Positions 10,029-20,183 of a stretch of 64,000 bases of DNA are shown here, one piece after another. Within the stretch, counting starts at the first letter, position 1. Each line of letters starts with the position of its first letter. This stretch comes from a virus. A program made the translations under genes and the position numbers. The DNA lies in the IMG/VR virus record IMGVR_UViG_3300046001_006396, positions 1 to 64,000 of that record. The stretch is one strand, 5' to 3'. The notes beneath the pieces are model-generated. The model did not search any database. It saw only the letters and a list, made by a program, of their open reading frames with translations, and was not told the origin of the DNA.

Positions 10029-11185
10029 ATATTGTTATTTACTATTTTTATTATTAAATCCAATTCATTATCAGTCATTTGGTGATTATTTGGTATGTAT
10101 AAACCGTACTCATGTACTAATTTAGCATTTTTAAAATCTTTTTTTTCATACCTCTCATACCAAAAAGGGTGTTCGTTAATTGAACCACATATTAAAGGTC
10201 TACATTCTATTCCATTTTTAATTAATTCTGAAGTTAAAGACTCAATATTTTTTGTTATTATAGGAAATGAAAAGTTTGAAACGTAAGACCCTTTTGGTTC
10301 GGATACCGACCAAAAATTATTTTTTATTTCTTTTTTATACTTTAAAAAATTTTTATTTCTATTTTTAACTATATCATCAATTTTTTTTAATTGGTTTAAT
10401 CCTAAAAATGCCTGTAAATCTGTTGATCTTAGATTAAATCCTGGATAATAAAATGTATATAATGCCCTAAAATCATTAACTTTATGTTTTTTTCTTAATT
10501 TTTTTTGTTTTTCTATCGGTAAATCCCTATCCCACCCATGAGACCTAATTGATAGTAATATATGATATAATTCTTCATTATTTGTAGATATCATCCCACC
10601 CTCAATAGTTGATATATGGTGACCAAAATAAAACGAAAACGTTGACAGGTCTCCAATAGTGCCCAACATTTTATCTTTATATTTTGAACCAATAGATTCA
10701 CATGTATCCTCAATTAATTTAATGTCGTTATCTTTACATAATTTTATAATTTCGTCCATATGATTTGGTATACCTAATACGTGAACTAAAATTATTGCCG
10801 ATGGGGATTCGTCTATTATTATTTTTTTTAAATGGTCTATGTCTAAACCTAAATTATCTTTATCACATTCACATAAAATAGGATTCAAACCTAATTGTAT
10901 TGCTGGTGTTACGGTTGTAACCCAAGAAACCGATGGTACTACAATTTTATTATTTTTTAATTTACCCGATAATATTAAAGAATATATTGCCGCTAAATTT
11001 GCAGATGAACCAGAATTAACAAAAACGGAATATTTAACACCTAACCACTTAGACCATTCTTCCTCAAACTTAACAGTTAAGGGTCCTTTAGTTAATTTAG
11101 GGTTAGTTGACAACCAACTTATTAGGTCGTCAATATCTTCTTTATCGATAGTGTCTTTAACTAAATTAATTGTTTTGTATGTCAT
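10025..11185 (-). CDS. colD: GDP-4-keto-6-deoxy-D-mannose 3-dehydratase (ColD-like PLP enzyme)
   Basis: DegT fold (VNSGSSAN, EDTCES) with His in place of the Schiff-base Lys: SFYFGHHISTIEGG; RSHGWDR, PGFNLR. Confidence 0.8.
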   Translation of the reverse strand: MTYKTINLVKDTIDKEDIDDLISWLSTNPKLTKGPLTVKFEEEWSKWLGVKYSVFVNSGSSANLAAIYSLILSGKLKNNKIVVPSVSWVTTVTPAIQLGLNPILCECDKDNLGLDIDHLKKIIIDESPSAIILVHVLGIPNHMDEIIKLCKDNDIKLIEDTCESIGSKYKDKMLGTIGDLSTFSFYFGHHISTIEGGMISTNNEELYHILLSIRSHGWDRDLPIEKQKKLRKKHKVNDFRALYTFYYPGFNLRSTDLQAFLGLNQLKKIDDIVKNRNKNFLKYKKEIKNNFWSVSEPKGSYVSNFSFPIITKNIESLTSELIKNGIECRPLICGSINEHPFWYERYEKKDFKNAKLVHEYGLYIPNNHQMTDNELDLIIKIVNNNI

Positions 11186-11939
11186 AGTTTGTTAGATTTA
11201 ATAAATCATTATAATTGGAATATGAATTTTTTGAGTAATAGTTATTTCTTTTATTAAAATTTTTTTCTTTTTCTTCTATAATATAATCACAATATTCCAT
11301 ATTGGAAAGTCTCATTAAATCTGAAACAAAATTTTTAATATTTATTAATTGACCCGACCCAATCATTATGTCATCACTAATATCAATTGAGTTATTAACA
11401 ATAATAGAGGGGTGTATTATATCCCGCAATAAATCCAAGTTACCAACAGAAATTTTCTTTTTGTTTATGATACAATCAAATATTTTACTAAATAAAAAAC
11501 CATTTTTTCTAAAAGGACTATTAAAGTTAAAGGGGTATACTATATGAATATTACTGTAGTCTTTTTTATTTTCATTAATAATGGTGCATAAAATTTCTTT
11601 TGATTTTATATATGGAGTATAAAAATAATTAAAAGGTAAATCTAAACTAACTTGACCATCATAATTATTCCAAAGTTCTGAGGTTGAGTAAATTATTATT
11701 TTTTTACAAAATGATTTAAGTTCATTAATAACTTTTAAGGTATAGGTAACATTAATTTCATTAAAAAAATTTTCATCTTTGTTAATAAATGTCCTTTGTT
11801 CGGCAAAAAGAATAAAAATGGAATTATAATTTTTATTTTTTATTTCTTTAAAATTTATATTCCTAGATGAAATACGATCCCAGTCATGAGGAAAAAAATA
11901 GTTTAGCTGAGAAGTAGACCCAATAATCAAATTTTTCAT
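11166..11939 (-). CDS. NAD-dependent epimerase/dehydratase (divergent extended SDR)
   Basis: LIIGSTSQL, YSTSE, YIKSK (YxxxK), PFN, GNLDLLRD. Confidence 0.7.
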   Translation of the reverse strand: MKNLIIGSTSQLNYFFPHDWDRISSRNINFKEIKNKNYNSIFILFAEQRTFINKDENFFNEINVTYTLKVINELKSFCKKIIIYSTSELWNNYDGQVSLDLPFNYFYTPYIKSKEILCTIINENKKDYSNIHIVYPFNFNSPFRKNGFLFSKIFDCIINKKKISVGNLDLLRDIIHPSIIVNNSIDISDDIMIGSGQLINIKNFVSDLMRLSNMEYCDYIIEEKEKNFNKRNNYYSKNSYSNYNDLLNLTNYDIQNN

Positions 11940-12280
11940 TTAAATCCTTTATAATATTTTACAGATTCTTCAATTAAAGATTTATTAGTTATAATTGAAT
12001 TATCTATCATATAATTTAATGCTTGAACTAATTTAGGTCTTTTAACTTTAAAGCATATATCAATCTTTCGTTTTAATTCTGAAACCTCATCATTAGATTT
12101 GGCTTCGGCAATTGAGTCTTCTAAATACCACATTCTACAATGTAGAATTGATAATTTTTCAATGACTTCCCCAATGTTGTCCGTTTCAATTAATTCAATA
12201 TTTTTATCTGAATTTTTATTTTCATTTAAAGTTCTGTGTACCACATTTTTTATAATATCTTCTATTTTTTCCCCTATCAT
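11936..12280 (-). CDS. DUF4254-like helical protein
   Basis: DNIGEVIEKLSILHCRMWYLED; likely start 12280 (ATGA overlap with upstream stop) rather than 12349. Confidence 0.5.
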   Translation of the reverse strand: MIGEKIEDIIKNVVHRTLNENKNSDKNIELIETDNIGEVIEKLSILHCRMWYLEDSIAEAKSNDEVSELKRKIDICFKVKRPKLVQALNYMIDNSIITNKSLIEESVKYYKGFK

Positions 12281-13155
12281 AATAATGCATTTTTTATGTT
12301 TGAATAGATTATGTCGTCTGAGTAATTTGGTGACCATATTACGTTGCATTTACAATTTTGATAAAATTTAGCAATATGTACATTATTACAAAAACAAACA
12401 AAAGTTTTATTTGTGTCTAATAAATTTTCTTTTACCTGTGAAAAACAATAGGGTCCCGATGCCCTACCAACTATAACATCACAAAATGTGGATATTAAAC
12501 TTATTTCTAATAAATCTGGAATTACATTGGTAATTTCAAAAGAATTTAAAATATTATTTTTTTTGAGGTTTGTGTTTTCGGTTGTTATAAATAATACGTT
12601 TTTTAATTCGTCACTGATTTTATCAATATAGGGAAAAAAATTAAAATTTGATGATTGGGATGACCTAACGTCACCATTAGAAATTAAAACTATTTTATTA
12701 AATTTTTGTTTACATTCTAACATTAACTTTTTTATATTTTCATAGTTTTCTAAATTTTGATATTGAACCGTAGGTAAATACTCCTCAACACTAAAAGTAT
12801 CTAGTTCAAATAGTTTTGATATTTCTTTTGATAACTCAACATAGTTTTCAAACGCACAACCAGGAAACGGATAATTTTGAAATGGTTCACCCCTACCCTC
12901 TATTGTTTGAGCTAACCAACAATTTATTGGAGTTGAATATAAATCGTCTGAAATAAAAATTTTATTTTTTTCCCAGTCGTACTCATTAGGTATTCCGCAG
13001 TTTTCATTAATATTTTTTATGTCTCTAAATAACCCATGCTTTTCTTTATGGTAAAAATTTAAATTAAATTTATTAAAAAAAGGTTTTAAAATAATTCTTG
13101 AAAAGAATACATCTCCATTATTAAAATAATTGTAAAAATTTAATTCATTATTCAT
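12277..13155 (-). CDS. Putative glycosyltransferase (GT-B, GT9-like C-terminus)
   Basis: N-terminal NGDVF and C-terminal CDVIVGRASGP resemble GT9 motifs; start re-assigned to 13155. Confidence 0.45.
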   Translation of the reverse strand: MNNELNFYNYFNNGDVFFSRIILKPFFNKFNLNFYHKEKHGLFRDIKNINENCGIPNEYDWEKNKIFISDDLYSTPINCWLAQTIEGRGEPFQNYPFPGCAFENYVELSKEISKLFELDTFSVEEYLPTVQYQNLENYENIKKLMLECKQKFNKIVLISNGDVRSSQSSNFNFFPYIDKISDELKNVLFITTENTNLKKNNILNSFEITNVIPDLLEISLISTFCDVIVGRASGPYCFSQVKENLLDTNKTFVCFCNNVHIAKFYQNCKCNVIWSPNYSDDIIYSNIKNALL

Positions 13156-13450
13156 TTTTAAAAAAAATTTTATCATTTATGCCTTTATCATCAATAAAAA
13201 TGTCAGCATTTAATTTAATGCCGACCCTCAACTGATTATACATAACTCCCCAGTCCTCTAATTGTTTTTTTGTTAAGTCAAACCAATCAATTTTTGTAGT
13301 TGATCCTCTTGCAGTATCAATTAAAATTATATTACCATCTTTAAAAAGTTTATTAACAATATTAATTCTTTCGTAAAATGGTTTTGCCCTTTCATAATCA
13401 CCGTTAGTGTTACTACAAAGAGTTCCGTCTAAATCAAAACAATATATCAT
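13148..13450 (-). CDS. Minimal HAD phosphatase (capsule-biosynthesis type)
   Basis: FDLDGTL, TARG, FIDDK. Confidence 0.85.
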   Translation of the reverse strand: MIYCFDLDGTLCSNTNGDYERAKPFYERINIVNKLFKDGNIILIDTARGSTTKIDWFDLTKKQLEDWGVMYNQLRVGIKLNADIFIDDKGINDKIFFKNE

Positions 13451-14270
13451 TTATTTTTCTTAATTTTTTAGCTATTGGTTTTTCAGTTTCAAAAACAACT
13501 TTAATTCCGTCACCCATAATTTTTTCCATTTTTCTAATTCCGGAAACTAATTCACTAACGTGGTCAATTGACGCTGCTTGGTCCGACCCATACATTGTTC
13601 TATCTTTTGTAATATGAAATTCAACACACTCAGAACCTAAAGCAACTGACCCATAACATGGTATTAATCCACTGGCGTGGTTAGAAAAACCTATTTTATA
13701 ATTTGGGTATTTTAGTTTAAGAGTTTTAATGTAATTTAAATTAATTTCCTCATCTTTGGTGGGGTATGTGCTTGTACAGGATAATACATATTCTACGTTA
13801 TTTAAAATATTTAATGCCGCGTCTATCTCTTCTTCTGTTGACATCCCTGTAGATACGATAACGGGTTTGCCTGTAGAATTAATTTTTTCTAAAAAGGATC
13901 TGTCTGTTAATAAAGCCGAAGCGATTTTTTGATACTTAACATTTAAATTATTTTCTATTAAATCAACACTTTTTTTATCCCAACAAGAAACAATGAAATC
14001 TATTTCTAATTCATTAGAATAGAATTCTAATTCTTTATACTGTTCAATTGTGAATTCTAACCCCTCTTTTTGTTCCCTATTTGTTGTTCCCCACGGTGAC
14101 TCTCTATGTGCTGACAGTTCTTCTTCACTATATACTGAATCAATATCTCTTTTTTGGAACTTAACTGCATCACACCCACTTTCTTTAGCAATTAACATTA
14201 ATTCTTTAGCCAAATTTAAATCACCATTGTGGTTAATTCCGATTTCAGCAATAACATAAGTTTTTTTCAT
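13434..14270 (-). CDS. neuB: NeuB-family ulosonic-acid synthase, short form lacking the C-terminal SAF/AFP domain
   Basis: IAEIGINHNGD, DAVKFQKR, STGMS, CTSTYPT, GFSNH, EFHIT, GSDQAAS; 278 aa. Confidence 0.9.
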   Translation of the reverse strand: MKKTYVIAEIGINHNGDLNLAKELMLIAKESGCDAVKFQKRDIDSVYSEEELSAHRESPWGTTNREQKEGLEFTIEQYKELEFYSNELEIDFIVSCWDKKSVDLIENNLNVKYQKIASALLTDRSFLEKINSTGKPVIVSTGMSTEEEIDAALNILNNVEYVLSCTSTYPTKDEEINLNYIKTLKLKYPNYKIGFSNHASGLIPCYGSVALGSECVEFHITKDRTMYGSDQAASIDHVSELVSGIRKMEKIMGDGIKVVFETEKPIAKKLRKINDILF

Positions 14271-14276
14271 AATTTT

Positions 14277-14855
14277 TTAATTTTTAAACATTTTATTTTC
14301 TACTATTTCAATTATTGTGTGACCAATAAAAGTGTGACATTCTTGTATTCTTGCGGTATCATTTGATGGTATAATTATACTAATGTCAGACATATTTTTA
14401 ATATCTCCCCCGTCATTACCCAAAAAAGAAATTATACCAACCCCTTTATTTTTAGCCCCTTCAACTGCTTTTATTATATTTTTTGATTTTCCTGATGTTG
14501 AAAATGATATTAATAAGTCTCCTTTTTTTGCGGATGATTTTACTTCTCTTGAAAATATTTCTTCATATGAATAGTCATTTGCAACTGCCGTTAAATACGA
14601 TACGTTTGACGAAAGTAAAACAATTTCTAATGGGTCCCTATCAAAATAGAATCTACCATTTAATTCTGCGGATAAATGTTGGGCATCAGCATAACTACCA
14701 CCATTCCCACAAAAATAAACTTTATTACCGTTTTTATAACATTCAATAATTTTTTGAGATATTAATAACATATCATTTAAAATATTATTGTCATTTAAAA
14801 TAAAACTTTTTAAATTTATAGATTCTATTAAGTTTTTTTTAATTAATTCTACCAT
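14277..14855 (-). CDS. gmhA: Phosphoheptose isomerase / SIS-domain sugar-phosphate isomerase
   Basis: CGNGGSYADAQH, AVANDY, STSGKSKN, TARIQECH. Confidence 0.9.
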   Translation of the reverse strand: MVELIKKNLIESINLKSFILNDNNILNDMLLISQKIIECYKNGNKVYFCGNGGSYADAQHLSAELNGRFYFDRDPLEIVLLSSNVSYLTAVANDYSYEEIFSREVKSSAKKGDLLISFSTSGKSKNIIKAVEGAKNKGVGIISFLGNDGGDIKNMSDISIIIPSNDTARIQECHTFIGHTIIEIVENKMFKN

Positions 14856-15667
14856 ATCGTTTTTCCCCCATCAATTACTATGTTTGATCCTGTCATATAT
14901 GTGCTAGCATCAGAACACATAAAAACAATCGCCCCTTTATATTCGTCAATATGAGCCATTCTACCCATAGGTATAATATTAGATAATTTATTAACAAAAT
15001 CAACAGGATGGTCATTATAAACCCCTGTTGGGCTTAATGAATTAACCCTAATATTATTTTTGGCAAAATATACCGACAAATATTTAGTCATACCAATTAT
15101 TGCCCATTTGGCCGCAGAATAGGTTATAGGTTTAACATTTTGTTCATTTTCTTTTTTAGTGTCGTCTCTATAGATTCTTTGGTCTGGAGCGATGACTCCC
15201 AAGTCAGAAGATATATTTAATACCACTCCACCACCTGTATTTAACATTTTATTACAAATAACTTGAGACGTTAAAAACGTACCATTTATTATTGCATCAA
15301 TACCCTCTTTAAAATACTCTTCAGTCATAACTTCAAAACGGGATTCTGGTGTTAGGGTTTTATTGTCTTTAGTTACTTTAGGATCTTTAGCCGCATTATT
15401 AATTAAAATATCAATCCTATCGTACTTATTTGATACAAGTTCTATGGATTTTTTATCGGTAACGTTCATATACTCCATAAAAACGTTTTCACCCCCAAAA
15501 GTTTCTGATAGGGTTAAATATTTTTCTTTAAGAGAAACTAAATCTAAATCGGTCAAAATTACTTTTGCGCCGTATTCTAATAAAGCCTCTGCGTGTTTTG
15601 GTCCAAGTAATCCTCCGGCACCTGTTATAAGTGCCGTCTTACCAGACATATTAAATAAATCTTTCAT
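14849..15667 (-). CDS. Short-chain dehydrogenase/reductase (PtmA-like)
   Basis: LITGAGGLLG, LINNAA, NISS, YSAAK, IRVNSLSP, IDGG. Confidence 0.9.
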   Translation of the reverse strand: MKDLFNMSGKTALITGAGGLLGPKHAEALLEYGAKVILTDLDLVSLKEKYLTLSETFGGENVFMEYMNVTDKKSIELVSNKYDRIDILINNAAKDPKVTKDNKTLTPESRFEVMTEEYFKEGIDAIINGTFLTSQVICNKMLNTGGGVVLNISSDLGVIAPDQRIYRDDTKKENEQNVKPITYSAAKWAIIGMTKYLSVYFAKNNIRVNSLSPTGVYNDHPVDFVNKLSNIIPMGRMAHIDEYKGAIVFMCSDASTYMTGSNIVIDGGKTIW

Positions 15668-15668
15668 A

Positions 15669-16445
15669 TTAAAATGTATAATTAATTTTTATTTTTTTGT
15701 ATGTTTCCTCTATATATTTTTTTTCATCACCCTCACTATCTCTACATAGTTGTAAAATAAAGTTATCACTATAATTGATTTTTTTAAGAGTTTTAAAAAT
15801 AGTCATAAAATCGGTATCCCCAAAACTAAATTTTTTACTTATTGAGTTGTAGGTTCTATCTTTTATGTGCACATTTTTTATTTTATCACCAAAAGATAGT
15901 ATTAAGTCTTCGTGATTTATTTTTTGTTTATAATGGGAAGTGAAGTTACCTGTATCATATGTAATAAAGAAATTACTTTTTTTTGACACAACATCTAAAA
16001 CAATTTCTTTATTAGACTCAAATTCAAAACAAAACTCAATAAATGAATATTTTTCCCCTATAGGTATTATGTTTTTTAAAAACTCTTCCCTAATTAGGGG
16101 GTCATCAACTGAACTGTCTTCTAATAATGGTATAACCACTTTATTGACATTTAATACACTCATTCTATCTAAAACTGGTATTAAATTTTTATTAATAAAA
16201 TCTTGATTATAAAAAGATTTATTAACCATAGTATCAACACAAACAGACATTATATTTTTTGGTAAAATAGCTTCAGTAAAAAATGGGTTATTTAAATTAC
16301 ATTCATTAGTTATTAACCACTCAATACCGTATAAACCAATATCGGAAATTAAATTAAATTCATCAACCCAAGTAATTAAAGGAAACTCCTGCATTTTTCC
16401 ATTAACTGATTTACTTAGTCTACCTTGTAATACTCCAATTTTCAT
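15669..16445 (-). CDS. Sugar-phosphate isomerase/epimerase (xylose isomerase-like TIM barrel)
   Basis: IGVLQGRLS, YDTGN, VHIKDR, GDTDF. Confidence 0.8.
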   Translation of the reverse strand: MKIGVLQGRLSKSVNGKMQEFPLITWVDEFNLISDIGLYGIEWLITNECNLNNPFFTEAILPKNIMSVCVDTMVNKSFYNQDFINKNLIPVLDRMSVLNVNKVVIPLLEDSSVDDPLIREEFLKNIIPIGEKYSFIEFCFEFESNKEIVLDVVSKKSNFFITYDTGNFTSHYKQKINHEDLILSFGDKIKNVHIKDRTYNSISKKFSFGDTDFMTIFKTLKKINYSDNFILQLCRDSEGDEKKYIEETYKKIKINYTF

Positions 16446-16855
16446 AATAACTCAACAAATTCTATAATATTATTTTCTGGGTCAATACCAAAAAAAACCC
16501 GAACTTTACTTTCTTCTGAGGTTATTGGTTTATTAATTACTGGCATATTATTATTAATAAATTTTTTGTACAACTCATCAACATTTTTTACTGTTATAGC
16601 AAAGTGAGTATATCCGTTTTGAAAAAGGGTTTTATTTTTTTTTATTTTTTTGTTAAAAAGTAATAACTCAACAATGGTTTTATTATCAAACCCTAATTTA
16701 ATAATTCTTGGGGATAGGTTTTTTGAATTAAGTATGTGATTTAAAAAATATCCTTTTTCCACCTCGTCGTACATAATTTCTAAACATAAAATATCACGAT
16801 AAAACCAAATCATCTTATCAATATTATTTACTACAATTCCTACGTGCCTAAACAT
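16442..16855 (-). CDS. VOC/glyoxalase-family protein
   Basis: RHVGIVV..FYRDIL, HFAITV, DPENNIIEFVE. Confidence 0.9.
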   Translation of the reverse strand: MFRHVGIVVNNIDKMIWFYRDILCLEIMYDEVEKGYFLNHILNSKNLSPRIIKLGFDNKTIVELLLFNKKIKKNKTLFQNGYTHFAITVKNVDELYKKFINNNMPVINKPITSEESKVRVFFGIDPENNIIEFVELL

Positions 16856-18168
16856 TCTTTTAAACTTTCTTTTAATACTCCAATACCTTCAATTAATGCA
16901 TCATCATCTATAGTAAGTGGAGGACCAATTTTTAATGTTCCCGATTGTGTTCTTATAGATAATAAACCTTTTCTCATTGCGACTTCAATTATTTTATCAA
17001 CAAATTCAACGTTATTACCATAAGGAGATTCAATAAATACCCCAGCCAATAACCCCTCACAGTTTATTTTTTTTACATATTTAGACATCTCAGATTTCCA
17101 ATTTAATAGTTCGTTTTTCATTATTAAACCCTTTCTTTGTGATTCATATATTAAGTTATTATCTATAAGATATTCAACAGAAGCCTTGGATGCCGCAACC
17201 GCAACTGGATTCCCACCATGGGTACTATTGTAAGACATATCGGTGTTAATAATATTACTATTGGTAATAACGCAAGATAAAGGTAAAGAAGATGAAATCC
17301 CCTTTGCACAAACAATAATGTCAGGGACAATTTCAAAATGTTCGTAAGCGAACAGTTTACCGGTCCTACCAAAACCTGATTGTATTTCATCCATTATTAA
17401 TAATACTCCGTTATCCGTACACCATTCACGTAAAAGTTTAACATATTCTTTTGATGCAAATTCTGCGGACCATCCTTGATATGGTTCCATTATTACTGCG
17501 GAATATTCACTTGGGTTTATATCATTAAAATATTTATAAAATAAATCTTTATATGATATATTTTGTTCTTGGATTGTTATTGAATCGGGATAGGGTAAAT
17601 GATTTACATATGTTTTTACTGGTATCCATTCTTGGGCTTTAAATTTTCCGCTAGCCATAGCTGAACCCATTGTTTTTCCGTGATATCCATTATTAAATGA
17701 AATAATTTTATTTTTACCTGTATATTTAATTGACATTTTTATTGCCGCCTCAACAGACTCCGATCCGGTTGATAAAAATAAAACTTTGTCAAGATTTTTA
17801 GGTGTAATATCCACAAGAAGCTTAGAAAATTCAGATCTTTCTTTTGTTGGGTAATAGTACGCATTTAATAGGTTTTTATTTGTAGTTGCAATTATTGCGT
17901 CTTTTATATTTGTATTACCATGACCAACATTTGTTACAAAAATGGAAGATGTAAAATCTATCCATTTATTACCTGATACGTCATATATAGAATAATTTTT
18001 TGCCGAATCCCAAACTATCGGTAGTTGGTCGTTCATCGAATCAGGTTCATTTTTTATACAATCCATCAAAACACCTATAGTTTCAGGAGATGGTATATCT
18101 GTTAAAATTACCCTATTTTTTGTTTTTATTTTTGGACAATTTACGGGGTTTATGGAAAACTTAAACAT
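16840..18168 (-). CDS. Class III PLP aminotransferase
   Basis: STGSESVE, GYHGKT, MEPYQG, DEIQSGFGRTG, AKGISS, STHGGNP. Confidence 0.92.
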   Translation of the reverse strand: MFKFSINPVNCPKIKTKNRVILTDIPSPETIGVLMDCIKNEPDSMNDQLPIVWDSAKNYSIYDVSGNKWIDFTSSIFVTNVGHGNTNIKDAIIATTNKNLLNAYYYPTKERSEFSKLLVDITPKNLDKVLFLSTGSESVEAAIKMSIKYTGKNKIISFNNGYHGKTMGSAMASGKFKAQEWIPVKTYVNHLPYPDSITIQEQNISYKDLFYKYFNDINPSEYSAVIMEPYQGWSAEFASKEYVKLLREWCTDNGVLLIMDEIQSGFGRTGKLFAYEHFEIVPDIIVCAKGISSSLPLSCVITNSNIINTDMSYNSTHGGNPVAVAASKASVEYLIDNNLIYESQRKGLIMKNELLNWKSEMSKYVKKINCEGLLAGVFIESPYGNNVEFVDKIIEVAMRKGLLSIRTQSGTLKIGPPLTIDDDALIEGIGVLKESLKECLGT

Positions 18169-18832
18169 TTTTTTTATATTTTATTATGTATTCAATATAA
18201 TCAAAATCATCCATTGTGTCAATTTCTGGAGTGGATTTAGTTTCAAAGGCAAAAATTTTATCTCCATAAAAACTGTCTTGATTCATAAAAATATTTGGAT
18301 TAACAATGTCAACATATCCATTTGGTATATATGTTTTAGGGTATGATTGTCTTGGTTTATTAGTATCTACACCATTCACTAATGGTTTCCATATATTGTC
18401 ATCTTTTATAAAGAATTTATATGCGGACTCAGACATTTGATGTGCAGATCTAAGACTTGTCACTGTATTAATATTTATGTTAAATATTTTTATAGCATCG
18501 TCAATTATATTTGGGTCTATTAAAGGTGTCGTAGCTCTCAAATGAACTATAGGTGATGTGTAATTTAATAAATTACAAAAATGTCTAAAAGAATCTACGT
18601 CTAAAGAATTATCTTGTGAAATCTCTAAAGGCCTATCAATAACAATAACGTCTAACTTTTTTAATACTTCTTTTATTTCTTCACAATCCGTTGATACGTA
18701 AATATTTTTTATTTTTTTAGATTTTTTTGCGGATTCAATTACATAACTTATTAAAGGTTTGTTGTTAAGAAGTTTTATGTTTTTTTTAGGTACACCTTTA
18801 CTACCCCCTCTAGCCAAAATTAATGCGTCCAT
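18161..18832 (-). CDS. neuA: CMP-ulosonic acid synthetase (NeuA/acylneuraminate cytidylyltransferase)
   Basis: ILARGGSKGVPKKNI, VSTD, RP, TTPL, RQ, NG, EIDT..DF; start re-assigned to MDALILARGG at 18832. Confidence 0.9.
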   Translation of the reverse strand: MDALILARGGSKGVPKKNIKLLNNKPLISYVIESAKKSKKIKNIYVSTDCEEIKEVLKKLDVIVIDRPLEISQDNSLDVDSFRHFCNLLNYTSPIVHLRATTPLIDPNIIDDAIKIFNININTVTSLRSAHQMSESAYKFFIKDDNIWKPLVNGVDTNKPRQSYPKTYIPNGYVDIVNPNIFMNQDSFYGDKIFAFETKSTPEIDTMDDFDYIEYIIKYKKNV

Positions 18833-18833
18833 A

Positions 18834-19634
18834 TTATTTAGTTGCAACAACAATAAATTCAGATTTATCATTAATAAATTTATTACCAAACCAGTCATTA
18901 TAAAATTTAATTTTTTTGAATCCGACTTTTAATAATAAATCCTTTATTGTTTTTTTTGTGTATAATTTTAAAACTATTTCACTAAAATCCGTCTTACTTA
19001 GGTCTTTAGAAATGTAAGTTTTTTTCCATTTTAAAAAATTATTATTTTTTTTATAATCACATTCCCACAAAGAATACCTCCAAGGGTCGTCCCCCCCAAA
19101 CTCTTCCCATATTTTTGTTGTTGTTTTAATGTTTTGGATTATTTTATTACATCCGTCAAGTTCTAAAACTATTTTTCCTCCATTTTTTAATGACTGATAT
19201 ATTAATTCTAAAATTTTAATTTCTGATTTATAATTAATGGGTTCTGCAAACTGAAATGCCAAATCAACTAAAAAGCATACATCAATATTTTTTATATCGT
19301 AATTTTTTAAATTTAAAAAATCGTCATTTATATTAATTACATTTTCCACCATTAAATCCTTTTTCCATTTCTGTGCAAAATTAAAACGACTTTCACTAAT
19401 CTCAATTCCGTAACCAATATTTAATAGATTATTATTTAATAAATTAAAAATTAATTTTGAATTGCCCGAACCAAGTTCTAAAAAATTAATATTATTTTTA
19501 TTATAAATTTTTTTAATAAAATTAATATGTTGGTCACAACCTTTTAATTTTTCTATGCGATACTTTATTTCCGATTGATAATCATCAAAAATTTCAAAAT
19601 TATCATACGCGATTAAATTTTTATGACTCGTCAT
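18834..19634 (-). CDS. Class I SAM-dependent methyltransferase
   Basis: FLELGSGNS, GIEIS, LKNGGKIVL. Confidence 0.85.
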   Translation of the reverse strand: MTSHKNLIAYDNFEIFDDYQSEIKYRIEKLKGCDQHINFIKKIYNKNNINFLELGSGNSKLIFNLLNNNLLNIGYGIEISESRFNFAQKWKKDLMVENVININDDFLNLKNYDIKNIDVCFLVDLAFQFAEPINYKSEIKILELIYQSLKNGGKIVLELDGCNKIIQNIKTTTKIWEEFGGDDPWRYSLWECDYKKNNNFLKWKKTYISKDLSKTDFSEIVLKLYTKKTIKDLLLKVGFKKIKFYNDWFGNKFINDKSEFIVVATK

Positions 19635-19635
19635 T

Positions 19636-20181
19636 TTAAATATAACAAATTAAACACCCATTATGATCCTGAATAATCTCAAATTTATAATTTTTATTTA
19701 TACTCAATATTAAATTTTTTATTGTGTCTAAATTAATATTATAACCTTTTGACCAACCAAAATCAGAAACAATCATCATAATATCATCAATAATAATTGT
19801 GTGTTCTTTTACTTGGTGATTTGATATTATATTTAGTTCTTTGATGATTGGGCACTCATTTTCTTTATCATATAAATGAGTTTCTATACCTTCATATTCT
19901 AAATCGTGGGCATCTAAAAAAATGGTTGATTTTTCATTAATTGTATCTAACACTTTAGGTAAAATGTCTGTTGATAGACCTTGCATTATTGTTACTTTAC
20001 CGGTATTAACTTCATTTTCAAATCTTTTCAGGTTTTCTGTAACAAATTTTTCATTTATATCAATTGCATATATCTTATCAAAACCTGATTGGATGGCTTT
20101 TGATATGCTTTCCCCATATAATATTCCTGTTTCTATATAACAAGAGGAGATGTAATTTTTTAAATCAAAAAGTATTGGCAT
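19636..20181 (-). CDS. Putative SAM-dependent (sugar O-)methyltransferase
   Basis: YIETGILYG, AIDI, GLS, FLDAH, IIIDD. Confidence 0.7.
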   Translation of the reverse strand: MPILFDLKNYISSCYIETGILYGESISKAIQSGFDKIYAIDINEKFVTENLKRFENEVNTGKVTIMQGLSTDILPKVLDTINEKSTIFLDAHDLEYEGIETHLYDKENECPIIKELNIISNHQVKEHTIIIDDIMMIVSDFGWSKGYNINLDTIKNLILSINKNYKFEIIQDHNGCLICYI

Positions 20182-20183
20182 AA

